Positions 38,785 to 49,435 of a stretch of 64,000 bases of DNA are shown here, piece after piece. The stretch covers positions 52,570 through 116,569 of the forward strand of contig JAZKAU010000002.1 in the NCBI GenBank assembly GCA_040388985.1. Reading direction: 5' to 3'. Origin of the DNA: Patescibacteria group bacterium. GTDB lineage: Bacteria > Patescibacteriota > Minisyncoccia > Phycocordibacterales > Phycocordibacteraceae. The notes beneath the pieces were generated by a model. That model saw only the letters and a program-made list of their open reading frames with translations, was not told the DNA's origin and did not search any database. Position 1 is the first letter of the stretch, and each line of letters begins with the position of its first letter. The position numbers and the translations under genes were made by a program.

Positions 38785-38868
38785 AGCCGTAGTGTACACG
38801 AGTAAGAAAGGCGAAAGCGCGCCGCCTTTAGGCGGCGCGCTTTCGCGGGATATTCCGAACGTTCAGGC

Positions 38869-39294
38869 TTATGCGTGCGGCAAGGTGTCCCTCTTCACGG
38901 CTGCGTACTGAGCGCCATAGACCGAGATGTAGAGAAGTCCTGCGATAAGTCCCAAGTGGCTTATGAACTGCCCCATCACCATCGGGTCAGCGAAGTTCCG
39001 GTAGAAGATAAGTGCGAGGGCGAGCGTGAATATCGCAAGCACGAAAGCTGCGTTGCGCACATGCCAGCCGACGATGAGCGATACGCCAAGGACAACCTCG
39101 AGCACGAAGGCGAGCGCCACGGCGATGGTCGCGAGCGGTACGCCAGCTGCCGCCGTCATGCCCGACTCCATGATGAAGCCTTGCGTGCCGGGAATCTTGA
39201 AGGCAGCTCCCATAAGGAAGAGTCCGCCGAAGAGCACACGCGCCACGACTGGCGCCCAGTTCTCATATGCTCGTGAAAAATGTGGGAGATTCAT
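38869..39294 (-). CDS. DoxX family membrane protein
   Basis: ARVLFGGLF...K, E..LG..L..G...R.AA, GLL. Confidence 0.85.
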   Translation of the reverse strand: MNLPHFSRAYENWAPVVARVLFGGLFLMGAAFKIPGTQGFIMESGMTAAAGVPLATIAVALAFVLEVVLGVSLIVGWHVRNAAFVLAIFTLALALIFYRNFADPMVMGQFISHLGLIAGLLYISVYGAQYAAVKRDTLPHA

Positions 39295-39371
39295 ATCTCT
39301 GGTTTGAAGGATTATGTAGATAGATTCGAACACTAGAATCCTAGCATGGGGGGTACGGTTAGACCCTCTTT

Positions 39372-39503
39372 TCACGGTCTCCATATCTTGATAACGCACA
39401 TGGGCAAAGGGCAAATATACAGAATCTTCTTGGTGCGGTCATAGAACCATCCGATCCAGAAGTCGTACCAGAGAAAAGCGAGCTGAACACGATACTTAGT
39501 CAT
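39372..39503 (-). CDS. 43-aa aromatic-rich small protein (not in ORF track)
   Basis: MTKYRVQLAFLWYDFWIGWFYDRTKKILYICPLPMCVIKIWRP; starts 3 nt after the NUDIX stop. Confidence 0.6.
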   Translation of the reverse strand: MTKYRVQLAFLWYDFWIGWFYDRTKKILYICPLPMCVIKIWRP

Positions 39504-39506
39504 ATC

Positions 39507-40055
39507 TTAGTAAGTTGATGTGTTGTGGTGACTTTCAACTGATCTAAGCGCTGGGAAGAAGGAGTCCACGACAAAATGAAAAGCTCCTCCAAAGGACTCT
39601 GGGTGGAGATTTAATTCCTCTTTTAATTCCTGTTCGGTAAAGTAGCGATAACTTTCAGACTCGTGATTCAGGACTGGTTCAACGTCTGAGAATATCTTAT
39701 ACATCACGAATAGATGATTCTCATGTCGTCCTAGTACACTCCGATTAAATATTGCTTTCCCGATTAGTTCGTAGGTAAACTCTCCCTGTAATCCGACTTC
39801 CTCTTCGGCTTCGCGTCTTAGCGCCGTTTCGTCAGATTCTCCAGATTGGACATGGCCGCCGACTGGAGATACGTATTGCCCTGCGTCCTGCCTATCGCTC
39901 GACTGCCGAATCATGAGCCATCGACCCTCCGTATCTACAATCTCGCCTATTACCGTCTTGTGGAGTAATCCTTGCTCATGTGCTTTACGTTTTGAGACAT
40001 TGCTAATTACTGCCCCGTTCTCGTCCACCACGTCTACTAACTCGTCGGGATTCAT
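39507..40055 (-). CDS. NUDIX hydrolase (IPP isomerase-like)
   Basis: GGHVQSGE...ALRREAEEEVG Nudix box, H..GLLH. Confidence 0.88.
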   Translation of the reverse strand: MNPDELVDVVDENGAVISNVSKRKAHEQGLLHKTVIGEIVDTEGRWLMIRQSSDRQDAGQYVSPVGGHVQSGESDETALRREAEEEVGLQGEFTYELIGKAIFNRSVLGRHENHLFVMYKIFSDVEPVLNHESESYRYFTEQELKEELNLHPESFGGAFHFVVDSFFPALRSVESHHNTSTY

Positions 40056-40099
40056 CGAGAATAGTATACGTTACTAAGCGAGAGACTAGAGGCGTGGGC

Positions 40100-40750
40100 C
40101 TACGAAAGCGAAAGCGCGAAGCGCTCGAGCGCAGGGCCGAGCTCGAGATCGCGGCCGCGCGAGTCGGAAAGGAGCTCGATGAGATTGCGCGAGAGCAGAC
40201 GCGCTTGCGAGCGCGGCCACGCGCGACTTCCCTTCTGCATCAGGTCGCGCGCTTTCCAGTGGAGCAGACCGTGCACCATCTCAGGCGCGTCCCCCTGCCG
40301 GTATGCCTTCACTATCTCCTTCCAGAGGGTGTCCCCCTCGCGCGCAGCGAGCGCATTCACGAGCGCACCATTGAAGCCGCGCGCGGGTTTCGCTGTCGCA
40401 TCTATCTTGAATACTTTTTCAGCTTTGGTTTCTACCTTCTTTGCGCGTGCTGCAAGGAGTTTGGGTGCTAGTATGGCGACGATGTTTTCGCTTGCGGCAA
40501 GTTCTGAGAGAAGTCCGAGCACTGCCTCTGCGGGCTCGTTACTGGCGAACGGATCATCGAGCATGACGAGGGTCTTGGAGAAGAAGAGTCCCTGCATGCT
40601 TATGGCCTCGCGAAGCGAGGCCGGGGAGATAGCGTCCGCATCAAGACGGAGATAATACGCGTCCGGGGCTTTCGCGCGCGCAGCCGCGACCCACTGGAAC
40701 GCTTTGGCGCGCACTTTATTAGTATCTGAGCCGTGGAAGAGATAGATCAC
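40100..40750 (-). CDS. DNA polymerase III delta subunit-like, short
   Basis: MIYLFHGSD, GLF...LV.L, LERF C-terminus. Confidence 0.65.
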   Translation of the reverse strand: MIYLFHGSDTNKVRAKAFQWVAAARAKAPDAYYLRLDADAISPASLREAISMQGLFFSKTLVMLDDPFASNEPAEAVLGLLSELAASENIVAILAPKLLAARAKKVETKAEKVFKIDATAKPARGFNGALVNALAAREGDTLWKEIVKAYRQGDAPEMVHGLLHWKARDLMQKGSRAWPRSQARLLSRNLIELLSDSRGRDLELGPALERFALSLS

Positions 40751-41090
40751 GCACGTATTGTATACCGAGCACTCATTTTCGTATAAAAGAATCTCCCGGA
40801 CTATATAAACAGGAAAGGCGGCCGTTATTGCGGTCGCGCCTTTCTTTTCAGCGACCGAAAGATGACTCGGATGTCACCGCCCGAAGATGACCCACGCGAG
40901 CCAGAGCCAAGCCGCAAATCCAATGCCGACCGCGACTATCGTGGGACCTCCTTCAGGCATTTCTCGATCGTTTGAGGATGTGGTGCGGCCTGCTGGGCCG
41001 CCCATGTCACCCGTGTCCATGACATCATACTCCTCGCTGCCTGGCCCCAGTATGCTCCCGACTTCCGTTTATGCAAGAGCTTGGTTGGTA

Positions 41091-43562
41091 TCAAGCGACG
41101 GCTTCCATCTCCCCCCAATTCGCGCCTTTCTTCGCTTGGGCGATTATGGGAACGCCCTTCGTCTCGTCTTCCGGAAGGACGGACTCCATGATGTTCTTTA
41201 TCTTCTCTGTCAGCTCCCGTGTCCGCGTCACACGTATCTCGAAAACGAGCTCATCGTGTACCTGGAGAATCGGGTACGCGTCCTCGGTAGCGGTATCAGC
41301 GACGAGCATATTCTGGATCTCAACCATCGCGAGCTTGATGACGTCAGCCTGCGTTCCCTGGATAGGCGCATTGATGGCCATACGCTCAGCCTGCGCGCGT
41401 ACATACGGGAGTGCTGATTTCATGCCGGTGAATTCGCGGCGGCGGCCGAAGAGCGTTTCGGTGAATCCTTGGCGACGGGCGGCCCCCTTGGTGAGCTCTA
41501 GGTATTCGGCGAGCGTGCTGAACGTACGGAAATAGTCTTCGTAGAACTGATGGGCTTCGGAGGTCGAGGTCCCCAGCTGCGCCTTAAGCGCATTCACGCC
41601 CATGCCATAAAGGATGCCGAAATTTATGATCTTCGCGCGGCGGCGCATCTCGCGATCGACTTGCTCAGCTGAGACGCCGAAGACCGCTGCGGCCACCTCC
41701 TGATGTACGTCCCGTCCGGACTTGAATATATCGATGAGCTTCTCGTCGCCCGAAAGTATGGCCGCCAGGCGCAGCTCAATCTGCGAATAGTCGAGGGCGA
41801 CTAAGGTGAACCCCTCGGATGCCTTGAAGGCAGTACGTATGGCGCGCCCGCGATCGCTGCGTATAGGTATGTTTTGGAGGTTCGGATTCGCGCTTGCCAT
41901 GCGGCCGGTCGTTGTTCCGGTCTGGATGAACTGCGCGTGGAGCCTGCCATCGGTATCGAGAAGAGGCGGGATGCTTTCGACATAGGTACCGAGCAACTTC
42001 TGCACTTGTCGATACTCAAGGATGTCATTGATTATGGGGTGCACGTCCCGCAATTTCTCGAGCTCCGACTCCTTGGTGGAGCGCTGACCGGTTGCCGTCT
42101 TCTTCTGCTTGTTTCCAGCACCAGGAGCCTTGAGCGCGAGCTCGTCGAAGAGTACGTCACCAAGCTGCTTGGGCGAGCTCACGTTGAATTCGTGTCCGAC
42201 GACCTCGAAGATGCGTTTCTCGATGGCTTCCAGTTCCGCGCGGTAGCGGGCACGCAGGTCTTCGAGGACATCACGGTCGACGCATACGCCATGCGCTTCC
42301 ATGCCGCGCAGTATCGGAATGAGCGGCTTCTCTATCTTCTCGTACACTTCGTCGAGCCTGCCGGTCGTCGCTATCTTGGTCTCAAGCACCTTGTACGCGG
42401 CAGAGAAGGTCTGCGCCTTCGTATAGGCGAGAATATCCTCGAGGTTCGGGTTGGTGAGGTCGGAAGCAAGGAGCCAGAGCATCACCTGCGCTTCCTCCAG
42501 CTTGTCCTTCGGAACGTTCTCTTCTGCTTCCCCGTTCTCAGTCGCTCCTTCCTCGCGTGCCTCTGTGCTCCCCTCCTCCGCGCCGAAGACGGCGCGGGCC
42601 CTTCCGCGCAGCGTCCGGAAGCCGAGCTCGTCGAAAAGCGCGAGTACGGTCGGCAGCGTATTCCCGTTATGCCAGACCGCTTCGGGCAACTTGAAGGCGA
42701 TAGGCGCGTCCATGCGTATGGTGGCAAGCATCTTCGAGAAAATAGCGTCTTCTTCGTGCTCCTTCAGGAGTCCCACGATGCGCGGCTTTATTCCCTTCGC
42801 TAGGAATACGGATTCATCTTTCTTCAGCTGCTTGTACATGCTCTCGATGGTCCCGAATTCCTGCACGAGCGTCGTCGCGGTCTTCTCGCCGATGCCGGGA
42901 ATGCCGATGATGTTGTCGGACGGGTCGCCACGCAATCCTTTCCAGTCGGAGACGAGTATGGGATCGAAACCGTAACGCGCGACCACGGCTGCGGCGTCAT
43001 ACATGATGGTATCGTTGAGCCCTTTCTTGAGGGTATAGACCTTCACCCGGCTCTTCTCGACGAGCTGGAGCGTATCCATGTCGCCGGAGGCGATGATGAT
43101 CTCGATATCCATATCATCCTTCAAGAGGTGCGTGATGGTTCCGAGAATGTCGTCAGCCTCGAACCCCTCGCGTTCATAGATGGGTATGCAGAAGGCTTTG
43201 AATACGTCGCGCGACGTATTCAGCTGCGTCGCAAGCGCATCGTCTATCTTCATGCGCGTCGATTTATACCCTTCGTACGCCTCATGCCGCATCGTAGGCT
43301 TAGGCAGGTCGTAGCAGGCGGCGATGTAGTCGGGCTTCAGCTCTTGGATGATGCGCAGAAGCATGGACGAGAGACCGTAAAGCGCGCCCGTGGGTTGACC
43401 TGCCGGGCTCTGGAAATCTGGGAGCGCGTGGTAGGCACGATGGATGATGGCGTGGGCGTCCAGTAGGATGAGCCGCTTCTTCTTTGCGCCAGCTGGCGTA
43501 TTCTTTTTAGCCGCTTTTTTGTCGCCCGGAGCAGCGGTCTTTTTTGCGGGGGCTTTAGGCAT
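41091..43562 (-). CDS. polA: DNA polymerase I
   Basis: 5' nuclease (EADD, GDPSDNI.G) and polymerase motifs DYSQIELR, AKIINFGILYG, QVHDEL. Confidence 0.97.
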   Translation of the reverse strand: MPKAPAKKTAAPGDKKAAKKNTPAGAKKKRLILLDAHAIIHRAYHALPDFQSPAGQPTGALYGLSSMLLRIIQELKPDYIAACYDLPKPTMRHEAYEGYKSTRMKIDDALATQLNTSRDVFKAFCIPIYEREGFEADDILGTITHLLKDDMDIEIIIASGDMDTLQLVEKSRVKVYTLKKGLNDTIMYDAAAVVARYGFDPILVSDWKGLRGDPSDNIIGIPGIGEKTATTLVQEFGTIESMYKQLKKDESVFLAKGIKPRIVGLLKEHEEDAIFSKMLATIRMDAPIAFKLPEAVWHNGNTLPTVLALFDELGFRTLRGRARAVFGAEEGSTEAREEGATENGEAEENVPKDKLEEAQVMLWLLASDLTNPNLEDILAYTKAQTFSAAYKVLETKIATTGRLDEVYEKIEKPLIPILRGMEAHGVCVDRDVLEDLRARYRAELEAIEKRIFEVVGHEFNVSSPKQLGDVLFDELALKAPGAGNKQKKTATGQRSTKESELEKLRDVHPIINDILEYRQVQKLLGTYVESIPPLLDTDGRLHAQFIQTGTTTGRMASANPNLQNIPIRSDRGRAIRTAFKASEGFTLVALDYSQIELRLAAILSGDEKLIDIFKSGRDVHQEVAAAVFGVSAEQVDREMRRRAKIINFGILYGMGVNALKAQLGTSTSEAHQFYEDYFRTFSTLAEYLELTKGAARRQGFTETLFGRRREFTGMKSALPYVRAQAERMAINAPIQGTQADVIKLAMVEIQNMLVADTATEDAYPILQVHDELVFEIRVTRTRELTEKIKNIMESVLPEDETKGVPIIAQAKKGANWGEMEAVA

Positions 43563-43998
43563 ATGAAATTGCACGCGTGTCGTCTGGGAGCACGGTAAGA
43601 GTCAGCGCGTGATCAGCTTTCGGCAATTGGCCTTCGACCATCTCCGGCCACTCGAGCACGATGAGACTCTGCGGATTGGCACAGAGTTCTGAAAATTCGA
43701 GCGGTATGAGCGACTTCTCTCCCTCAAGGCGATACGCGTCCACGTGCACGAGCCGCGCAAAGCCGCGGCTCGTGTCGCTCGGCACGTCATATATCTTCTC
43801 GAGCACGAAGGTCGGGCTCGTGATGCTCTCCGTGATGCCGAGTGCGCGTGCCAGTCCCTGCGTAAACGACGTCTTCCCTGCTCCCAGCTCTCCTGAAAGG
43901 GTCACGAGCACCGCAGCATCAGCCTTGGGAGTGAGCGTACTTACAAAATGCACCGCTTCAGTCTGTAAGTCCTCCAGAGATGTGAGGTTCTTTTCCAC
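43555..43998 (-). CDS. tsaE: t6A biosynthesis ATPase
   Basis: GELGAGKT, SPTF, HVDAYRL, EWP. Confidence 0.95.
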   Translation of the reverse strand: MEKNLTSLEDLQTEAVHFVSTLTPKADAAVLVTLSGELGAGKTSFTQGLARALGITESITSPTFVLEKIYDVPSDTSRGFARLVHVDAYRLEGEKSLIPLEFSELCANPQSLIVLEWPEMVEGQLPKADHALTLTVLPDDTRAISYA

Positions 43999-44086
43999 CC
44001 ATGCATTGTATCAAAATAGTGAGAGGCCCGTCCGCGCATGCGCGAGCGAGCCTCCCGATTCGACCTTCTCCAAGGGTCGAGCTTGT

Positions 44087-44398
44087 TCAGAACCTGGTCT
44101 GCGGCGCCGGGGGCGAATAGCCGCCGTACAACCGGCCGCTGGCGTCCCGATTGAAGTTGGAATGGGTCTCGGTGTCGAAGTAATTGAACGCGCCGGACTG
44201 GTCGTACGCGCCCCACCCTTCCCGGCAAAGACGGCCGGGAACCGGGCCCGAGATCTGGCGCGACTCGTTGGTGCGCGTATTGATGTACTGCATGCTGCAG
44301 TTGGGCGCGACATAGATTCCGGAGCGATTGCTCACGAAATTCTGCCCCGCACAAGATGCAAGCAGGCCCGCAAGGGCCAAGATAGCAATCCGCTTCAT
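44087..44398 (-). CDS. Small putative lipoprotein
   Basis: MKRIAILALAGLLASC lipobox; TTGACA-type promoter upstream. Confidence 0.6.
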   Translation of the reverse strand: MKRIAILALAGLLASCAGQNFVSNRSGIYVAPNCSMQYINTRTNESRQISGPVPGRLCREGWGAYDQSGAFNYFDTETHSNFNRDASGRLYGGYSPPAPQTRF

Positions 44399-44519
44399 TC
44401 TGACTTCCAATCCTGTGTTGGAGTGTTGAGAAATTGTCGGTGAACTCGCGAACACCTGAAAATAATACTACTCTAAATCTGCTGTTTTGTCAATAGGTCC
44501 GCAGCGTCCCAGTATCTTG

Positions 44520-44644
44520 AGAGGTTTCTGAAAAACCCGATATGCAAGGCGCTGAGGAGTGAAAGACCGAGTCGTACTCAGGCGTACGGTGAGGTCTTGA
44601 GCGACGAGAGTAACGCAGCAGATCGGGGAATTTCAGGAAGCTCT
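44520..44644. mobile_element. MITE-like element, family A copy 2 (no nested module)
   Basis: AGAGGTTTCTGAAAAACCCGA.ATGCAAGGCG ... GCAGCAGATCGGGGAATTTCAGGAAGCTCT. Confidence 0.75.
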
Positions 44645-44670
44645 GCGGCGTGGGGTATGATAGGGACTAT

Positions 44671-46344
44671 ATGCCGAGCCATTTCGACACTGACGCCGAG
44701 GACGCGAAGCTCGCCTACGTGCGTGCGGAAGAGGAGGAGGACCTGACGCGCATCCTCTCGGACAAATACGGCATCACGTATACCGACCTTTCCGTCGTAC
44801 CTATAAATATGGACGCGCTGCGCGTCATCGGCGAAGCTGAAGCTAAGGACGCACAGGCCATCGCCTTCGATAAGAACGGAAAGCACCTCTCCGTGGCGTT
44901 GCGTGACCCGAAGAGCGATACTTATACGCGGCTGCGTGCGCGCCTCACGGACGCGGGCTACATCCTCGAAGAATTCCTCGTCTCCGAAGCGGGCATCACC
45001 CGCGGCATCTCCCGCTATGCCGATCTCTCGCAGGCGCATGGCGACGATGCGGGCGTCTTTGCCATCTCCGAAGACGACGTGAAGACCCTCGGGCCCAAAC
45101 TCTCTACAGTGGCGCTCCTGCGTGACTATCTGACCGAGGCCATCTCCACCAAGCATCCCTCCCAGATATCAACCCTTCTCGAAGACATCCTCGTGGCAGC
45201 GCTCACGATGAAAGCTTCCGACATCCATTTCGAGCCGGGTGAGGACGGCACGCGCCTGCGCCTGCGGCTCGACGGCATATTGACCGATACCTTCCTCTTT
45301 AACGAACACTCGTACCGTCTTCTGAGCTCCCGCATCAAGCTTCTCTCGGGACTCAAGCTTAATATCAGCGACCGGGCCCAGGACGGCCGTTTCAGTATCG
45401 GCATCGGCGCGATCGAAGTTGAGATCCGAACATCCTCCATTCCCGGCAACTATGGCGAGTCCATCGTGCTGCGCGTCCTTGATCCGAACGCAACTACCCA
45501 TTCCTTCACCGACATGGGCATCCATCCGAAGCTCTTGAAGCGACTCGAAGCTGAGATACGCCGCCCTACCGGAATGCTGCTCACCACCGGCCCTACTGGA
45601 AGCGGTAAGACCACGACGCTCTATGCCTTCATGCGCGCGATTCATACGCCGGAGATAAAGATAGTGACCATCGAGGACCCGGTCGAGTACCACCTGCCAG
45701 GCATCGTGCAGACCCAAGTAAATGGCGAAGACTACACCTTCGCTTCGGGACTCCGTTCCGTGCTGCGTCAGGACCCGGACGTCATCATGGTGGGCGAGAT
45801 CCGTGACGGTGAAGTCGCAGAAGTCGCCATCCAGGCGGCGCTCACCGGACACTTCGTCTTCTCTACTCTTCACACTAATAACGCTGCGGGCGCTTTCCCG
45901 CGCCTCGCAGATCTCGGCATAGATCCTAAGTCCTTCGCCTCAGCCGTTACGGTCGCTATGGCACAGCGTCTCGTGCGCACCCTTGACCCCGCAACTCGCG
46001 TAAAGCGCGCGGCCACTGACGAAGAGAAGAAAATCATGCAACGTATCTTCGAAGGCCTCTCCGATCCATCGCTCATGCCAGCGTCCTTCGACGAAGTCTG
46101 GAGCGCTGCTACGGGCGAGGACAGCGATACCGGCTACAAGGGCCGCACAGGGCTTGTCGAGGCTATATTCATGGACGAAGAGCTCGGCGAATTCCTGCGC
46201 GACAATCCGTCATCAAGCGATATTGCTAAGCATGTGGAGCGCCAAGGCTATCTCACTATGGCGCAGGATGGCGTTACCAAGGCACTCTCTGGCATCACCT
46301 CGCTCGAAGAAGTCTTCAAGGTCATCGACCTTCCGCGAGATTAA
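44671..46344 (+). CDS. Type IV pilus/T2SS assembly ATPase (PilB/GspE)
   Basis: ASDIH.EP, QDGR, GPTGSGKTT, EDPVEY, LRQDPD, STLHTN. Confidence 0.95.
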   Translation: MPSHFDTDAEDAKLAYVRAEEEEDLTRILSDKYGITYTDLSVVPINMDALRVIGEAEAKDAQAIAFDKNGKHLSVALRDPKSDTYTRLRARLTDAGYILEEFLVSEAGITRGISRYADLSQAHGDDAGVFAISEDDVKTLGPKLSTVALLRDYLTEAISTKHPSQISTLLEDILVAALTMKASDIHFEPGEDGTRLRLRLDGILTDTFLFNEHSYRLLSSRIKLLSGLKLNISDRAQDGRFSIGIGAIEVEIRTSSIPGNYGESIVLRVLDPNATTHSFTDMGIHPKLLKRLEAEIRRPTGMLLTTGPTGSGKTTTLYAFMRAIHTPEIKIVTIEDPVEYHLPGIVQTQVNGEDYTFASGLRSVLRQDPDVIMVGEIRDGEVAEVAIQAALTGHFVFSTLHTNNAAGAFPRLADLGIDPKSFASAVTVAMAQRLVRTLDPATRVKRAATDEEKKIMQRIFEGLSDPSLMPASFDEVWSAATGEDSDTGYKGRTGLVEAIFMDEELGEFLRDNPSSSDIAKHVERQGYLTMAQDGVTKALSGITSLEEVFKVIDLPRD

Positions 46345-46705
46345 GACCTTTTAGAGAAATGCAAAACCGCCTTTTGGGGCGGTTTTGCATTTCTCTAAAA
46401 TATTCGCGAACACTACCCTCCAGGCACTCCTCCTTATGAATAAGCAGGTGGACACAGTGCCTGAGGAGGCTCCCAGTTGCCTGCATCGAGTGCAGGACCA
46501 GAAGATCCTTGGGAAAGTGTCCTGAAGCCGTCAAGCCTTGCCTAGAGGGTGGTACTAACGAATATCAAGAATATGAAACCGATGGCAAAGAAAAAACCTC
46601 CCGAAGAAGGTGCGATTACGGGGCCGACCCCCATAGACACGCTCGTTTGTTATACGTTTACCGTACCAAACCTGGTGTGATAGAATACTAGCATACCCGT
46701 ATTTT

Positions 46706-47698
46706 ATGTCAAGTACCCCACTCCCTACTGACTCTGTGGTGAAGATACGCGACCAGGCGCTTGATAGCGCGCTACGCCCCTCGGTATGGGATGACTACGT
46801 GGGGCAAGGGCATGTTAAGGCCAATGTCCAGGTCATTTTAGAGGCCGCGAAGAAGCGCGGCGACATGCCTGAGCACGTACTTTTCTACGGACCGCCCGGC
46901 GTAGGCAAGACGACGCTCGCCCACCTCGTCGCCGCGACTCTCGAGGCGCCTTTGAAGACCACGTCCGGTGTCGCTATCGAGCGCGCTGGCGACCTCGCCG
47001 CCATCCTCACGAATCTCGAGCCCGGCACCGTGCTTTTCATCGACGAGATCCACCAGCTCTCGAATAAGATAGAGGAGCTTCTCTATCCGGCGCTCGAGAA
47101 CGGTTCGCTCGATATCATCCTCGGCAAGGGCCCGTCTGCGCGCACGGTCGAGCTCTCCCTTCCTCCGTTCACGCTCGTGGGTGCGACTACCCGCGTCGCG
47201 CAATTGTCGGGGCCTTTGCGCTCGCGCTTCGGCGGCGGCGTCTATCAGCTCGATTTCTATAGCGATGACGATGTGCGCTCTATCGTGAAGCGTTCCGCTG
47301 GTGTGCTCGGTATGCCTATTACGGATGAGGTCGTGAATAAGATAGCGCTACGCAGTCGCGCGACCCCGCGCGTGGCCAACGCACTCCTCAAGCGCGTTCG
47401 CGACTACGCGCAGGTGCACGAGAAAGACATCACGCCGGAAGTCTGCGATCTTGCCTGCAAACTGTTCGGTATCGACGAGCTCGGACTCACCAAGGACGAC
47501 GTCCGCTACCTCAAGACGCTACGCGATGGCTTCAAAGGCGGGCCCGCCGGCATCCGCGCGCTCGCGAGCTCGCTCCATGAGGATCCCGATACCCTTGAGA
47601 ACGTCTACGAGCCCTTCCTCCAGCGCCTCAATTTCATAGAACGCACCCCCCGCGGCCGCATCCTCACCGAAAAAGGTCGAGAGTATCTGGACTCCTGA
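46706..47698 (+). CDS. ruvB: Holliday junction branch migration ATPase
   Basis: LRP, GPPGVGKTT, FIDEIH, YEPFL, RTPRGR. Confidence 0.97.
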   Translation: MSSTPLPTDSVVKIRDQALDSALRPSVWDDYVGQGHVKANVQVILEAAKKRGDMPEHVLFYGPPGVGKTTLAHLVAATLEAPLKTTSGVAIERAGDLAAILTNLEPGTVLFIDEIHQLSNKIEELLYPALENGSLDIILGKGPSARTVELSLPPFTLVGATTRVAQLSGPLRSRFGGGVYQLDFYSDDDVRSIVKRSAGVLGMPITDEVVNKIALRSRATPRVANALLKRVRDYAQVHEKDITPEVCDLACKLFGIDELGLTKDDVRYLKTLRDGFKGGPAGIRALASSLHEDPDTLENVYEPFLQRLNFIERTPRGRILTEKGREYLDS

Positions 47699-47777
47699 CC
47701 GCCCTGATACGTGCTTCAACATATAAATGAAGGTCGCCGCGAGCATGCTCGCGGCGACTAAGTTCCTGACCCATACG

Positions 47778-49223
47778 TCAGCCGGGATCGGCCAGCGCAG
47801 CCATAACCGACGGGCTGTAGAAGAGTGCCAACACCTCATCCTCGAGCAACTGCCCGAGTAGGGATAGCCGCAGGACGACAGCCCCGTCGCGCTCGGTCTG
47901 GACGAGCACGCCGAGGTTCAGGAGTTGTCCGACCAGCCGGTAATAGTGCTCCGAGAGCGCAGGATACCGCTGCCGTGCCAGGCCGTCAGCCTCGGTCTCG
48001 ATCCGTCCGGTACGCAGTCCCGCGACATACGAAGTCGCGAGTTGCTCCGCAAGATCGATCTCGAGTGCCGTCCCAATGGGCACGCGCCCCTCTTCGATAC
48101 GCGCCACGTACTGGCCGCCCTTGTTCTCCGGTAGGTTCCGGAAGAACAAGCCGCAAGTCTCCCCGGTCACGCGGGAATAGGCCGACGCGCCGATTCCGAG
48201 AAGGTCGTTCGTTCCGGCTAGCCGGGTATTCTTGAACGGATCGACGTAACGCTCGTCCAAGACGAATCGGTTGCCATCCACCTGGCGATAGCCCATCTTG
48301 CGGAGTTGCTGCCAGATGAGCATGCGCCCAAGGAAGGTGTCCTGTTCACCCTCGAAGTCCCGCTGCGTCTTCGGATCGGCACGGCGCCTGCCCTGAGGGC
48401 GATCTGGGTCGAACCGGCCGTGATACCAGGTGATGTGCGGCGGCCGTATAGTTTCCAGTACTTGCAGATTATCCCAAACCTCGTCAGGCGTGCCGCTCGA
48501 AAGCGACTGTATGAGATCGACGTTCCAGTTATCGAACACCTCGCGCACGTACGCGCAGGCGCCAACAGCGATCTCGCGGCCGTATCCACGCCCTGCTTCT
48601 TGTAAGACCCGGTTATCGAAGGATTGGATGCCAAAACTGAAACGCGTGACACCCTCTCTTTTCAGTGCGCGGAGCTTCTGAGGTCCTTCTTCTGCGGTGA
48701 TGGTAAGCGGACTTCCCTCTACGCAGATCTCGGCATCTGGAAGCAGGTTGAACTTTTCCCGGATAAAGCGGACCAGGTTGACCAAATCCGCTTCTTCGAG
48801 CACCAGCGGCGTGCCGCCGCCGATGTAAAGCGACGAGATCGCCGTTCCCGTGCGACGCAGCTGCTCCGCCCAGAAATCCAGGTCCCATGTCAGGGCTTCC
48901 ATGTACCGGCCGACTTTCGCCTGCGTGCGGAGCCCTTTCCAAAGCATGACGTCGTAATGGCAGAATGGGCATTTGCTTTCGCACGGAACGATGTGGACGT
49001 ATAGGTTCGTCGTTCTGCCGTACTTTGGCACGTTTATTCCTTCGATGGACGTAACCGTCCGCAAGGCTTTCAGCGGCGGGTAGGTGACCACGGAATGACT
49101 CCCTCCCAAGGTTAGACGACTGATTTGTAGTCCGGCTCCGCGCAGCTTCGGCAGGATGCCGGGAATACCGAGACGTACCAAGGCTTTGTTCGCTCTTGCG
49201 AAAGCGATTGACTTATCACTCAT
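47778..49223 (-). CDS. HemN-like radical SAM enzyme
   Basis: LYVHI.PCESKCPFC, YIGGGTP, RFSFGIQSF, NVDLI, LLGIGASAYS; AGGAGG SD. Confidence 0.88.
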   Translation of the reverse strand: MSDKSIAFARANKALVRLGIPGILPKLRGAGLQISRLTLGGSHSVVTYPPLKALRTVTSIEGINVPKYGRTTNLYVHIVPCESKCPFCHYDVMLWKGLRTQAKVGRYMEALTWDLDFWAEQLRRTGTAISSLYIGGGTPLVLEEADLVNLVRFIREKFNLLPDAEICVEGSPLTITAEEGPQKLRALKREGVTRFSFGIQSFDNRVLQEAGRGYGREIAVGACAYVREVFDNWNVDLIQSLSSGTPDEVWDNLQVLETIRPPHITWYHGRFDPDRPQGRRRADPKTQRDFEGEQDTFLGRMLIWQQLRKMGYRQVDGNRFVLDERYVDPFKNTRLAGTNDLLGIGASAYSRVTGETCGLFFRNLPENKGGQYVARIEEGRVPIGTALEIDLAEQLATSYVAGLRTGRIETEADGLARQRYPALSEHYYRLVGQLLNLGVLVQTERDGAVVLRLSLLGQLLEDEVLALFYSPSVMAALADPG

Positions 49224-49302
49224 GACTTCCTCCTGAGATGCGTATTGCGTTGTGAAATAACTTATTCGACAGAATATCCTAACTGATGTCTAATCTACGT
49301 TC

Positions 49303-49327
49303 GATATACTTATATGTCAAGTATATC
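49303..49327. promoter_or_regulatory. Candidate operator GATATACTT-N7-AAGTATATC
   Basis: Perfect 9-bp inverted repeat overlapping the reverse-strand TTGACA in the divergent promoter. Confidence 0.6.
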
Positions 49328-49435
49328 TAACAGTGCTTGGATGTATAGATATACTAATATATGGCTATTTTTACGTATACAAGTAGTTGTTATATTTTAT
49401 TGACACAATTATGACCTTAGATATATACTTACTTT

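Noticed and set aside
40874-41020. 48-aa minus-strand ORF with a C-terminal TM after polA
   Set aside because: Plausible, but no motif or other support
46400-46700. Short ORFs between the PilB-like gene and ruvB
   Set aside because: No convincing start context or motif
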